DNA of 64,000 nucleotides, from contig OY969767.1 in the NCBI GenBank assembly GCA_963702895.1, positions 416,001 through 480,000 of the forward strand. Reading direction: 5' to 3'. The position numbers and the translations under genes were made by a program. Source of the stretch: an uncultured Elusimicrobia bacterium. Its GTDB lineage: Bacteria; Elusimicrobiota; Elusimicrobia; 2-01-FULL-59-12. The notes below the pieces were generated by a model. It saw nothing but the letters and a program-made list of their open reading frames with translations, was not told the origin of the DNA and did not search any database. Numbering within the stretch: the stretch's first letter is position 1; each line of letters starts with the position of its first letter. Shown here in pieces: positions 9,523-18,948 of this stretch.

Positions 9523-10146
9523 TTAGCGGCGTGCTGTGTTGAAGAGCGTTTTGACGAACGTGCGGACTTGGGGAACCGGGTCGCCGCCCCACGCGATTTC
9601 GGTCTTCGAATGCGCGGACCAAACCTCCTTGCCGCTGGTCAAATCGAAGACCCGTGTTTCGACAGAAGCGGTCTGCTCGCGGACGTAGGAGGAGGGCTGG
9701 TACACCGCCGCATAACTGTAGCTGTAGTAATTGGCGTAGCCATAGCCCGTACCCACGGTGCTGGGCATGTTGATTTTGGCGGAGTATTCTTTCTCGACCA
9801 CCTTCATGTCCACAAGCCGCGAAATGATCACCGTGTCAAAGCCGTAGTCCAGGATGAGTTTCTTCCAGGCATCAGACTCCAGCTTGGTGTCGCGGGGAAC
9901 AAGCGTGTAGGAAGCGACCGCCTCCCGGCCGCGGCTCGTCAATTGCCGTACGAACTCATCCTCGAGCATTTTCTGGCCCCGGTCGGTCTTGACGAGTGCG
10001 ACAACGAAGACACGCCGCATGGCGCGGGAATCGTAGGTGGGATCCTTCGTCACGGCGCCGAGTTGAGTGGCCCTGCAGGCTGTGAGGCTTGAGAGCGCAA
10101 ACACGATCCCGGCCAGCGACAGAGCCTTCTGTGAGAGAGAGTTCAT
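9523..10146 (-). CDS. Hypothetical lipoprotein (DUF4136-like)
   Basis: Lipobox LTAC; Tyr/Gly-rich loop; VETRVFDLTSGKEVWSA. Confidence 0.7.
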   Translation of the reverse strand: MNSLSQKALSLAGIVFALSSLTACRATQLGAVTKDPTYDSRAMRRVFVVALVKTDRGQKMLEDEFVRQLTSRGREAVASYTLVPRDTKLESDAWKKLILDYGFDTVIISRLVDMKVVEKEYSAKINMPSTVGTGYGYANYYSYSYAAVYQPSSYVREQTASVETRVFDLTSGKEVWSAHSKTEIAWGGDPVPQVRTFVKTLFNTARR

Positions 10147-10201
10147 CAAGGGGTCTTCCTGTTCTGATTGCCTGAGCAATCTCGCGACGGACATCGCGCT
10201 C

Positions 10202-11116
10202 TTATTTCCGCCAATAGTACCACCACGACAGAACCAAGGCCACGGAAACCCAGGCCGTGCAAAGGATGCCCCAGAAAGCCCACCCTGCGTGCTGGCCGGG
10301 GAAAGAAACGTTCATGGAGAAGATGCTCACCACGAGGTTCGGCAACATGATGCAAATCGTGATCAGATTCAACGTCTTCATGAGGATGTTGAGGTTGTTG
10401 TTGACGATGGAGGCGCGCGCGTCCATCAGGCTCGCCAGGATATTAGAGTAAATCTCGGCCTGGCGAAAGGATTGCTTGTTTTCAATGATGATGTCTTCGA
10501 GGAGGTCCTGGTCCTGGGTGTTCAAGAGTCCCAACTTGTCCGCGCCTGACTTCAGTCGATCAAAGATGGACCCATTGGCGTTGATGGCGTTTAAGTAATA
10601 GACCAACGACTTCTCCAGGCTAAACAAATGGAAGATATGCTTGTTGTCAATCGAGACGCCAATCTTCTCCTCTAAGCTATCCGAGATCATACTGATCACT
10701 TTCAAGTGTTCCTGGTAGTGACGGATGGCACCGAGGATCACTTTGAGAAAAACGTCATTGACCGACTGGACAGAACGGAAAGGTCTTTCCGCGAAAGGCT
10801 CAATCTTGTCGTTGACCACAATCAGCAGACGATCCGTGAACAGAAAAAGCCCGAGCGAAGCGACTTTGAAAAGGAATTGCTTCCGGCCGGAGTAATTTTG
10901 CGGGTATTTAATGATGACGACCCGATGGTCCGGCTCGCTTTCAATGCGCGAGGGCTCTTCCGAGTCGAGGGAAGACGTCAAGTTGTGCTCATCGATGGGA
11001 AACGTTTGAAGGACGCTGGTTCGCTCCTCCGGTGTGGGCGTCCGCAAGAGCCATACGACAGGCTGAGGACCGTTTTCGACCAGCTGTGCATTTACGATCG
11101 CGAATTGCTGAAGCAT
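10202..11116 (-). CDS. corA: CorA-family divalent cation transporter
   Basis: SIVNNNLNILMKTL, two C-terminal TMs, FSMN in place of the GMN motif. Confidence 0.85.
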   Translation of the reverse strand: MLQQFAIVNAQLVENGPQPVVWLLRTPTPEERTSVLQTFPIDEHNLTSSLDSEEPSRIESEPDHRVVIIKYPQNYSGRKQFLFKVASLGLFLFTDRLLIVVNDKIEPFAERPFRSVQSVNDVFLKVILGAIRHYQEHLKVISMISDSLEEKIGVSIDNKHIFHLFSLEKSLVYYLNAINANGSIFDRLKSGADKLGLLNTQDQDLLEDIIIENKQSFRQAEIYSNILASLMDARASIVNNNLNILMKTLNLITICIMLPNLVVSIFSMNVSFPGQHAGWAFWGILCTAWVSVALVLSWWYYWRK

Positions 11117-11253
11117 TCGAATGCTATTTTAGTTCATTCAGGATGGGCTTGATACTGCTTTGGATCCGTTGGGGCAAGACCAGGGGCTTGCCCCCCCCCG
11201 TGAGCCATCACCGGCCTCCGGACAATAGTATTCAGATCATGGAAGAGTCCCGG

Positions 11254-14200
11254 CTAGGCGTGTCGAAGGGCTGGCTGCATCGCCGGGCTTTTGGCTTTGC
11301 TCTCGGGGACTCCTTGATAATACTCCTGAAGCGCTTTGGGCGGGATCTCGGCGTGTTGAATGGCTTCGATGGCCTCGACGCTCGCCCGGGCAGCGGCCAT
11401 GGTGGTCATGTAGGGGATCTTGTACTGGACCGCCATCATGCGAATGGACCTGACATCCGATCGGCCGCTTTTGCCATGCGGCGTATTGACGATCAAATGG
11501 ATCTCCTTGTTTTTGATGAGGTCGGCGATGTTGGGGCGCCCTTCGCTCAATTTCTTGGCCAGCGTGTTGGGGACGCCTTTGGAGGCAAGATAGTCGCTTG
11601 TGCCTTCGGTGGCATAGATGCGCAAGCCCAGCTTCACCAGCCTCTGGGCGATTCCCAGGGCTTCGGCCTTATTTTTGTCCGCGACGGTGATGAGCGCGTT
11701 TCCTTCCGAGGGCAGCCGCGTGCCGGCCGCGTCCTGGGCTTTGTAAAAAGCGAGACCAAAGGTGTTCGCTAGTCCCATCACTTCTCCCGTGGACTTCATC
11801 TCAGGGCCGAGGAGAGGGTCCACTTCCGGGAACATGTTGAAGGGGAAGACCGCCTCCTTGACACCCACGTAGGGGATGGCCCGCTTGGTGAGCTCCGGGA
11901 ATTCCGCCAATCTTTTTCCCAGCATCAGAAGTGTCGCGATCCGCGCGATGGGAATGGCGGTGACCTTGGACACGATCGGAACGGTTCGTGAGGCCCGGGG
12001 GTTGGCTTCCAAAACATACACCTTGTTATCGCAGATGGCGTACTGGACATTGATGATCCCGGAGACCCGCAGCTCCCGGGCGATTTGCGCGGTGTATTTT
12101 TCGATGGTCTGGAGATGCTCTTCCTTGATGGTGCGGGAGGGAATGGAGCAGGCTGAATCACCGGAGTGGACGCCGGCGTGCTCAATATGTTCCATCACCG
12201 CGGGGACAAAGGCGCTCGTGCCATCCGAAAGAGCGTCCACCTCCACTTCCACGGCGTTCTCCAAGAAGCGGTCGATGAGCATGGGGTGCTCGGGACTCAC
12301 CTGGATCGCCTCCCGGGCGTATTTTTCGAGCATCGCGTCATCATAAAGGATCTCCATCCCGCGGCCTCCCAAGACAAAGGAGGGACGGACCATCAAGGGA
12401 TAGCCGATTCTCTTCGCGATCGCGACGGCCTCTTCCATGGAACGGGCGGTGGCGCCTTCCGGCTGAAGGACGTGGAGATCCATCATTTTTTGGCGGAACA
12501 GTTCCCGGTCCTCGGCGAAGCTGATGCTCTCGGGCGTGGTCCCTAAGATGTTGACCCCCGCGTCCTTGAGCTCCTGGGCGATGTTCAAGGGCGTCTGTCC
12601 GCCGAACTGCACAATCACCCCGAGGGGCTTTTCCTTCTCATAGATGGCCAGGACATCCTCAACGGTCAGGGGCTCAAAATACAGTTTGTTAGAGGTGTCA
12701 TAATCGGTGGACACCGTTTCCGGATTGCAATTGACCATGATCGATTCATAGCCTTCATCGCGCAGGGCAAAGGCCGCGTGCACACAGGTGTAGTCGAACT
12801 CAATCCCCTGGCCGATGCGGTTGGGGCCACCGCCTAAGATCATCACCTTTTTATTGGAGGAAACGGGCGCATCCTCCTGGCCCGGGACATAGGTGGAGTA
12901 GTAATAGGCGGCATTCTTGACGCCGCTCACCGGGACCGCTTCAAAGCGTGCCACCTTGCCCAGGGAGATCCGCTTCTCCCGGACTTGTTTTTCCTTCACG
13001 TGAAAGATCCGGGCGAGGTAGCGGTCCGAGAAACCCCACTCCTTGGCTTTTTTCAAATCGGCCTCGGGAAGCGACGTCCAGGAGCGCTTCAGCATTTGTT
13101 CTTCGCATTCCACCAATTCCTTCATTTCCGAAAGGAAATAGGAATGGAGGTGGGTGAGCTGTCGCAAGTCCTCCACCGTCATGCCCTTCCGGAGGGCTTC
13201 GTAGATTAAAAAGATCCTTTCACTCGATGGAGAGGCGAGACGGGTTTTGAGGTCCTCCAGCGGCAACGCTTTGAAATTTTTGGCTCCGCCCAAGCCGTGC
13301 CGGCCGATTTCCAGGGACCGGATGGCTTTCTGAAGCGCTTCCTTGAAGGTTTTGCCGATGCTCATGACTTCGCCCACGGCCTTCATCTGGGTCCCCAGGA
13401 GGTCCTGGGCTTGCGGGAACTTCTCAAAGGCCCAGCGCGCAAATTTCACCACCACGTAAGAGCCGCTGGGTTTGTATTTTTCCAGGGTTCCTTCTTTCCA
13501 ATAGGGAATCTCGTCCATCGTGAGCCCCGCCGCCAGTTTCGTCGAGATGCGGGCAATCGGAAACCCGGTCGCTTTGGAAGCCAAGGCGGAGGACCTTGAG
13601 GTGCGCGGGTTGATTTCAATGACCACCAGCCGGTCATCCACAGGATTATGAGCAAATTGGATATTGGTTCCGCCGACCACGCCGATCGCATCCACGATCT
13701 TGTAGGAGTAGTCCTGCATTTTCTTCTGTAATGTCTCGGGTACCGTGAGCATCGGGGCCACGCAGAAACTGTCTCCCGTATGAACGCCCATGGCGTCGAC
13801 GTTTTCGATGAAGCACACGGTGATCTTCTGGTTTTTATGGTCTCGGACGACTTCCAGTTCCAATTCCTCCCAGCCGATCACCGCTTCTTCCACGAGCACT
13901 TGGTGCACGAGGCTTGCCGCCAAACCGCGGGCCACGATGACGCGAAGTTCCTCGACGTTGTAGGCGATCCCGCCGCCGGTCCCCCCCATCGTGTAGGCCG
14001 GACGCAGGACGACCGGATAATGCAGGCGCTCGGCAATTTGTTCCGCCTCTTCCACGGAGAGGGAGATCTCGCTTTTGGGGAGATCGATCCCCAATTGCTT
14101 CATGGTGTCTTTAAAAATCTGCCGGTCTTCTCCCCGTTCGATGGCATCCGCTTTGACGCCGATGACTTCCACGTTATATTTCTTGAGAATGCCCGCCTTG

Positions 14201-14508
14201 TGGAGGCTCGAGGCCAGGTTCAGTCCTGTTTGACCGCCCAGGTTGGGCAAGAGGGCGTCGGGCCGCTCTTTGGCAATGATTTTTTCGAGCCATTCCACGG
14301 TCAGGGGCTCAATGTAGGTTTTGTCGGCCATGTTGGGATCGGTCATGATCGTGGCCGGGTTGGAATTCACGAGGACAATCTCGTAGCCTTCTTCACGGAG
14401 GGCTTTGCAGGCTTGGGTGCCGGAATAATCGAATTCGCAGGCTTGTCCGATAATGATGGGACCCGATCCGATGATGAGGATTTTGTGGATATCTTTTCGT
14501 CGTGGCAT
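11254..14508 (-). CDS. carB: Carbamoyl-phosphate synthase large subunit
   Basis: MPRRKDIHKILIIGSGPIIIGQACEFDYSG; duplicated ATP-grasp halves; C-terminal MGS domain. Confidence 0.98.
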   Translation of the reverse strand: MPRRKDIHKILIIGSGPIIIGQACEFDYSGTQACKALREEGYEIVLVNSNPATIMTDPNMADKTYIEPLTVEWLEKIIAKERPDALLPNLGGQTGLNLASSLHKAGILKKYNVEVIGVKADAIERGEDRQIFKDTMKQLGIDLPKSEISLSVEEAEQIAERLHYPVVLRPAYTMGGTGGGIAYNVEELRVIVARGLAASLVHQVLVEEAVIGWEELELEVVRDHKNQKITVCFIENVDAMGVHTGDSFCVAPMLTVPETLQKKMQDYSYKIVDAIGVVGGTNIQFAHNPVDDRLVVIEINPRTSRSSALASKATGFPIARISTKLAAGLTMDEIPYWKEGTLEKYKPSGSYVVVKFARWAFEKFPQAQDLLGTQMKAVGEVMSIGKTFKEALQKAIRSLEIGRHGLGGAKNFKALPLEDLKTRLASPSSERIFLIYEALRKGMTVEDLRQLTHLHSYFLSEMKELVECEEQMLKRSWTSLPEADLKKAKEWGFSDRYLARIFHVKEKQVREKRISLGKVARFEAVPVSGVKNAAYYYSTYVPGQEDAPVSSNKKVMILGGGPNRIGQGIEFDYTCVHAAFALRDEGYESIMVNCNPETVSTDYDTSNKLYFEPLTVEDVLAIYEKEKPLGVIVQFGGQTPLNIAQELKDAGVNILGTTPESISFAEDRELFRQKMMDLHVLQPEGATARSMEEAVAIAKRIGYPLMVRPSFVLGGRGMEILYDDAMLEKYAREAIQVSPEHPMLIDRFLENAVEVEVDALSDGTSAFVPAVMEHIEHAGVHSGDSACSIPSRTIKEEHLQTIEKYTAQIARELRVSGIINVQYAICDNKVYVLEANPRASRTVPIVSKVTAIPIARIATLLMLGKRLAEFPELTKRAIPYVGVKEAVFPFNMFPEVDPLLGPEMKSTGEVMGLANTFGLAFYKAQDAAGTRLPSEGNALITVADKNKAEALGIAQRLVKLGLRIYATEGTSDYLASKGVPNTLAKKLSEGRPNIADLIKNKEIHLIVNTPHGKSGRSDVRSIRMMAVQYKIPYMTTMAAARASVEAIEAIQHAEIPPKALQEYYQGVPESKAKSPAMQPALRHA

Positions 14509-14692
14509 AACGCACCTGCTTCTATTCTTAAAGAGATTTCCGATGAGGCTCGGCCGCCGGAATGACGGGCGCACTCCCTGAAAAGAGCGATATACCTTAT
14601 AAAACTCCAAACGGCTTTGTCACGAGAAACTCCCTGACTCCCTGAGGAGGGCGCTGCCGGCAGGCGACCAGGCTGTCCTAAGCTTGCCGGGG

Positions 14693-15661
14693 TCAGAGAC
14701 TGCTGATCGAAGGGGCTTCTGGTGGGCTGTCCGCCGGATCGGAGAGGTTGAGGGTTTCCACCGCATGAACATCCGAATCGGCTTTTCCGAGGTCCGTAAT
14801 GGCAAACTGGCGGTCTTGCCATGTGGGGAATAGGGTCCGGTAAGAGGAAGGAGGTTCCGGGCTCAGGGATACGCTCCGCTTGGAATGTTGTCTCACAACA
14901 CGGTCCACTTCAGCTTCTGAAATCTGCGAGGTGGAAGCCGTTGGCGCTTGGTCTGTCAATGCCGCGGTGGCCGTCTTAGGGCTTACAAATTCGGTCACGG
15001 TCAGCTCCTTGATGAGAAGTCCCGAACCAAAGGGGTTTCCCATGGGCTGGTAGTTATCTTCGTTGCCAAAATAAATGTTCATTCCTTTCAAGGGGAGTGA
15101 TCCCGGAGGCAGCGTGATCCAAATATCCTGCTCCGCCGCGCCGACGGTCACATGGGCGCGTGAAAACATATAGCCCTGGTCCCAGACGCCTCCTGTCCAA
15201 CGATCCCAATGGGAGACCATAAACTTCGTGAAGCCATTGAGACCTTTGACCTTGAGATGATATTGGCAGCCTCCTTGGGAGCAATTCAAATTGCGACCCA
15301 GTGATTCTTCGAAATCAATTGCCGCCATGGCCCAACGGGAACCCCTATTGACCACGCGTAAAACGAAGCCTTCCGGGTTGGGTTCATAGGCGCCATCGCC
15401 AAAGATCTCCCAGGCCCAGCTCGGCTTATTGACGAGATTAAAGGTGGTGTGAGGAGAGTTGGGTGAGGGGGAACTCGGCTGAGTGTTGGTGACGAGAGGG
15501 GTCGCCAGAGGAGGTGTGGAAGGCGTTGTGGGAGTTGAGGGAGTTGTGGGTGTTGTGGGCGGTGTGGGGTTCGGCTTCTTGCATCCGCTTCCCACGAGCA
15601 CTGTCAGACAGATTGCCAGTGCCATCACGGCCGATGACGCGCTCGATCTCTTGAAGTTCAT
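14693..15661 (-). CDS. Hypothetical lipoprotein with Pro/Thr-rich linker
   Basis: Lipobox GSGC followed by PTTPTTPSTPTTPSTP; Trp-rich beta domain. Confidence 0.7.
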   Translation of the reverse strand: MNFKRSSASSAVMALAICLTVLVGSGCKKPNPTPPTTPTTPSTPTTPSTPPLATPLVTNTQPSSPSPNSPHTTFNLVNKPSWAWEIFGDGAYEPNPEGFVLRVVNRGSRWAMAAIDFEESLGRNLNCSQGGCQYHLKVKGLNGFTKFMVSHWDRWTGGVWDQGYMFSRAHVTVGAAEQDIWITLPPGSLPLKGMNIYFGNEDNYQPMGNPFGSGLLIKELTVTEFVSPKTATAALTDQAPTASTSQISEAEVDRVVRQHSKRSVSLSPEPPSSYRTLFPTWQDRQFAITDLGKADSDVHAVETLNLSDPADSPPEAPSISSL

Positions 15662-15814
15662 ATCCCGCCTCCTTACAAGAGTCTAATATCAGCGTGGGAA
15701 TGAAGCTATAGAACTGACGGGAAAAAGAAAAAGGCCTTTAGACACATAAGATTTTTGTGCCCATACGTTCACTCGGCTCTCTGCTCTGCCGTTCATGTTG
15801 GGGACACCTTTTCA

Positions 15815-15967
15815 TGATGAATGGGTGGTGAATAGGTGATGAATAGGTGATGAATAGGTGAACTGGCGGTTTTATCGTCTCAACAGCCATTCACCTATTC
15901 ACCGTGAATAGGTGGCTATTGTATGAATAGGTAGTGAATAGGTGATGAATAGGTGATGAATAGGTGA
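15815..15967. repeat. 11-bp tandem repeat array (GATGAATAGGT) with one inverted copy
   Basis: TGAATAGGT at 15818 (variant), 15829, 15840, 15851, 15905, 15924, 15935, 15946, 15957; inverted at 15893-15901. Confidence 0.92.
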
Positions 15968-16053
15968 CTTTGTGGCGCTTAGAATCGGGAGGGCGACAAA
16001 CGCCATGATCCGAAATGGAAAGGAAAAATGTGACGGGACATCAGCAGGCGGTC

Positions 16054-16296
16054 TTACGAGTGGTCGCAGATGTTATCGCGGCTGGTTTGAAACCCAGCGC
16101 CGGCGTTGTGAAATTTGCCGCGGGAGCGCAAGAACTCCACAAGCTCCTCGGCCGTGAGATCCTGTGCGGAACAGGTGTGAAAGCGGGCGTCCTCGCCAAA
16201 GCGCTTCCGGATGGCGCGCACGAGCGAGGCGTCCGTGAAAGCCTCCTTGGATTCAAGCATCATGCGCATGACTTCATGCCCATGAATAGAAGCCAT
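16054..16296 (-). CDS. YecH-family putative metal-binding protein
   Basis: SIHGHEVM...RFGEDARFHTCSA...RGKF...ICDH. Confidence 0.88.
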   Translation of the reverse strand: MASIHGHEVMRMMLESKEAFTDASLVRAIRKRFGEDARFHTCSAQDLTAEELVEFLRSRGKFHNAGAGFQTSRDNICDHS

Positions 16297-16342
16297 CAAG
16301 CCTTCACCTTTTGTTCCGCACGCCGACTCGAGCAACGGGATC

Positions 16343-16888
16343 TCAACGGCCGGCAACGGGTTCCCGAGCAGGCTCCGCGGGAGTTGGGTGAAGGGATTCC
16401 ACCAGCTCCAGCTGCCCGCTCTCAACGTGGAAGATAAACCCGTGGATGGGAATGTCCTTGGGAATAAAGGGGCATTCCCTTATTTTTTTCAACTGGGACT
16501 TCAGATTGGTCTTGAGGTCTTTGAAAGGGTAGAACTTCACGCCTTTTGCGTCCGCTCCGGTGTCACGGGTCAGCTGGGCTTGCAGCGCGGACTCGTCAAA
16601 GGTGAGCATGCCGCAATCGGTATGCTCGATCACATAGAATTCCCGGGTGCCCAGGAGCTTGTACGAGATCACCAACGACCGAATGGCGTCGTCGGTGACC
16701 AAGCCCCCTGCATTCCGGATAATATGAGCGTCGCCGGTACGCAAACCCAAGACCTCTTCCACGTTCAAGCGGGCATCCATACAGGCCACCACGGCCAGTT
16801 TCTTGGAAGGCGGCATCGCCAGCTTGCTGTGATCGAACTGGGCGGCGTACAAACGATTCTCATCCAGACTGCGTTGTAGCTGGGACAT
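16343..16888 (-). CDS. Beta-class carbonic anhydrase
   Basis: ACMDAR, IRNAGG, HTDCG zinc ligands; AGGAGG RBS. Confidence 0.95.
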   Translation of the reverse strand: MSQLQRSLDENRLYAAQFDHSKLAMPPSKKLAVVACMDARLNVEEVLGLRTGDAHIIRNAGGLVTDDAIRSLVISYKLLGTREFYVIEHTDCGMLTFDESALQAQLTRDTGADAKGVKFYPFKDLKTNLKSQLKKIRECPFIPKDIPIHGFIFHVESGQLELVESLHPTPAEPAREPVAGR

Positions 16889-17155
16889 AAATACCTCCTG
16901 TTATCACAGTCACTTTTGATAGCGGACTTCTTTTGTCTTGTATCTAGTATACATTAAACAGCACAGCCCTGTTCAAGGCCTATTTTTAGGCTTACCGCAC
17001 AGGACTCATAACGATTTTATGGCTCTGAGTGCTCAGCTAGGGGTGAGTCGCCTTAAGCTCTGAGTTCTGAGCCCTGAGCTGATTTTTGGGTACTAGGGAG
17101 TGCTGCTCGCTTTCATCGGCGGGACAGGTCCCGGCCCGAACCGCGTTCGGCGCTC

Positions 17156-17309
17156 TTAGCCGGGAATCTGCAGTTGTCGTCATCCCGGTGAAAACCGGGA
17201 TCCAGTCCATCGTCGATGTACTGGATACCGGCTTCCGCCGGTATGACGGCACTAAAAAGACCAGACATGTCAGTCGATTAACCACGGTCAACCGAACCTT
17301 TCGGGTTAG
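17156..17309. repeat. Palindromic repeat copy 4 (no modules); overlaps 3' end of the GH25 gene
   Basis: TTAGCCGGGAATCTGCAG...GTCATCCCGGTGAAAACCGGGATCCAG...TTTCGGGTTAG. Confidence 0.88.
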
Positions 17310-18066
17310 CCTCCGATCCGTGAGGCGGGCGGACAAGCTCGCCAAATTGGTCTTGGGTGCCGCAATAGACATTCAAATCGACCGGGCCGCGGAGGCCGGG
17401 GACCCGGCCGAGAGCGCTGTGCTGCCAAAACACCCATTCCGTGCAAGGGGCGAGTGAGGGTTCCTTGACGACATTCCGGATCCAAAGCCGGTGTGGCGGG
17501 AAGTTGTGCTCGTGACCTTTGAGATAGCGTTTATAGAAGTCCGGCGTGACATAGAACACCGGGGGGCCGGGGAAACGGCGAGAAATCGCGGCAACGAAAC
17601 TGGCCACTTCGCGCTCGACCTCGGCACGGGAGGGTATGCGGCGGCAACTGCCGCTGAATTCGAGGTCAAGTGCCGGCGGAAGGGCGTTCGGATCAGGCGG
17701 CACTGTTGCCAGGAAATTGCGCGCCTGCTCTTTTCCAGGCCGGCAGAAGTTAAAAAAGTGATAGGCACCGCGGGCAATGCCGTTCTTCGGGCATTGGGTC
17801 CAATTGTAGAGAAAACGAGGATCTCTAAAATCCGTCCCTTCGGTAGCCTTGATATAGGCAAACTGCACGCCGTGGAGGCTCGCCTCAAACCAGCCGATAT
17901 GGCCCTGATGGCGGCTGACATCGACGCCGCGAACCGGGAAGCGTTCCGGGGAAGGAAAGTTCAAGCGCAAGAGCCCGGCGTAGTAGATTCCCATCACGGC
18001 CAGAACCACTATCAAGAGCGTCACTGTGGTCTTGTTTCCGATGCGCCTTCGATCCCTCAAGCCCAT
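17278..18066 (-). CDS. GH25-family lysozyme (muramidase) with N-terminal anchor
   Basis: GVDVSRHQG, YIKATEG, GAYHFF, LDLEF, WQHS, VDLN. Confidence 0.93.
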   Translation of the reverse strand: MGLRDRRRIGNKTTVTLLIVVLAVMGIYYAGLLRLNFPSPERFPVRGVDVSRHQGHIGWFEASLHGVQFAYIKATEGTDFRDPRFLYNWTQCPKNGIARGAYHFFNFCRPGKEQARNFLATVPPDPNALPPALDLEFSGSCRRIPSRAEVEREVASFVAAISRRFPGPPVFYVTPDFYKRYLKGHEHNFPPHRLWIRNVVKEPSLAPCTEWVFWQHSALGRVPGLRGPVDLNVYCGTQDQFGELVRPPHGSEANPKGSVDRG

Positions 18067-18492
18067 GGCCAGAGAATCTTAGCAGAACGCGGAGGAAGCT
18101 AAGGGATGCTTCTCGCTCGTCTCAGAACTGGTTCCAGGGGCGGCCGCGGGCGTCGCGGTACGACTGAAGATCGACTTCTTCACGGAGCAGAGCTCTTTTC
18201 TACGGGCGAGACTGGACGGGATTCCATCCGCCACTTCTCGCAACGCTCGCGGGCCTCTGAGGAGATGGGGTCACCGAGACCCTCGAGAATCCAAACGACG
18301 GCGCAGGGGTCCTCTTCTATCTGAGCCTCTCCTCCAATTCAAGATTCAGATTATCAATACCGGGCCCCCCGTGCAAGCTGTGTCTCTGGCGCAAGAGGAA
18401 GCTGGTTCTTCAACCCGAGAAGGTCTTTAAAACGCTGTAGTCATCTGCGAATCTTAATCAATCGGCTCGTATATTTAGAGGTATAATTAAAC

Positions 18493-18690
18493 ATAAGCTG
18501 AATTCGGTTACGGGTCGTTTGAAGCGGCCCTGATGAGCCGAAGTGGGGAACCCAAAACGAACCTCGGATGTTACGAGGATCTCGGGGCGAATCCGAGCGC
18601 AGATGCGCTCGTCCGTCAGAAGTGTGGCGGATTGTGTAGGGCCTCCAAGCCCGAGCCCGACAGCTAACCTCGCAAGCGTATAAAACGAGA
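18493..18690 (+). ncRNA. c-di-AMP (ydaO-yuaA) riboswitch
   Basis: GCTGAAT...GGGGAACC...GGGGCGAATC...GTAGGG...CCCGAGCCCGACAGCTAACCTCGCAAGCG; TATAAT at 18482-18487; upstream of KimA-like gene. Confidence 0.9.
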
Positions 18691-18696
18691 GAGCAA

Positions 18697-18731
18697 GGCC
18701 AGAGAGCTGAACTCTTTGGCTTTTCCTTTTT
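18697..18731 (+). terminator. Intrinsic terminator (riboswitch expression platform)
   Basis: GCCAGAGAG-CTGAA-CTCTTTGGC followed by TTTTCCTTTTT. Confidence 0.8.
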
Positions 18732-18744
18732 CGGGGAGTCATCC

Positions 18745-18948
18745 ATGCGTCTCCTCTGTTGGCGTCTATGGCTCAGAGCCGTCCTCACCCTGTTCATCAC
18801 CTGCCAGCTCTATGCGGTCGCTATTTCTCCAGAACTGGAATGCGCCCAGAAGTCGGAATTTCCCGAAAGACTCGCCTGGGCGTTCTTGATCGCCTTTGGC
18901 ATCGGAATCGCGCTGGGCCTTTCACTGCATAACGGGAGGAAACGCTAA
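18745..18948 (+). CDS. 67-aa small membrane protein coupled to the transporter gene
   Basis: GGGGAG RBS, two hydrophobic segments, TAATG overlap with next gene. Confidence 0.6.
   Translation: MRLLCWRLWLRAVLTLFITCQLYAVAISPELECAQKSEFPERLAWAFLIAFGIGIALGLSLHNGRKR

Noticed and set aside
15815..15967. CRISPR array
   Set aside because: Unit only 11 bp, no unique spacers, no cas genes in the window
17024..17085. Heptamer microsatellite (CTGAGTT-like); similar tracts near 21885-21945
   Set aside because: Short, degenerate intergenic simple repeats with no further support
17278..18066. Prophage lysis module
   Set aside because: No holin or other phage genes nearby
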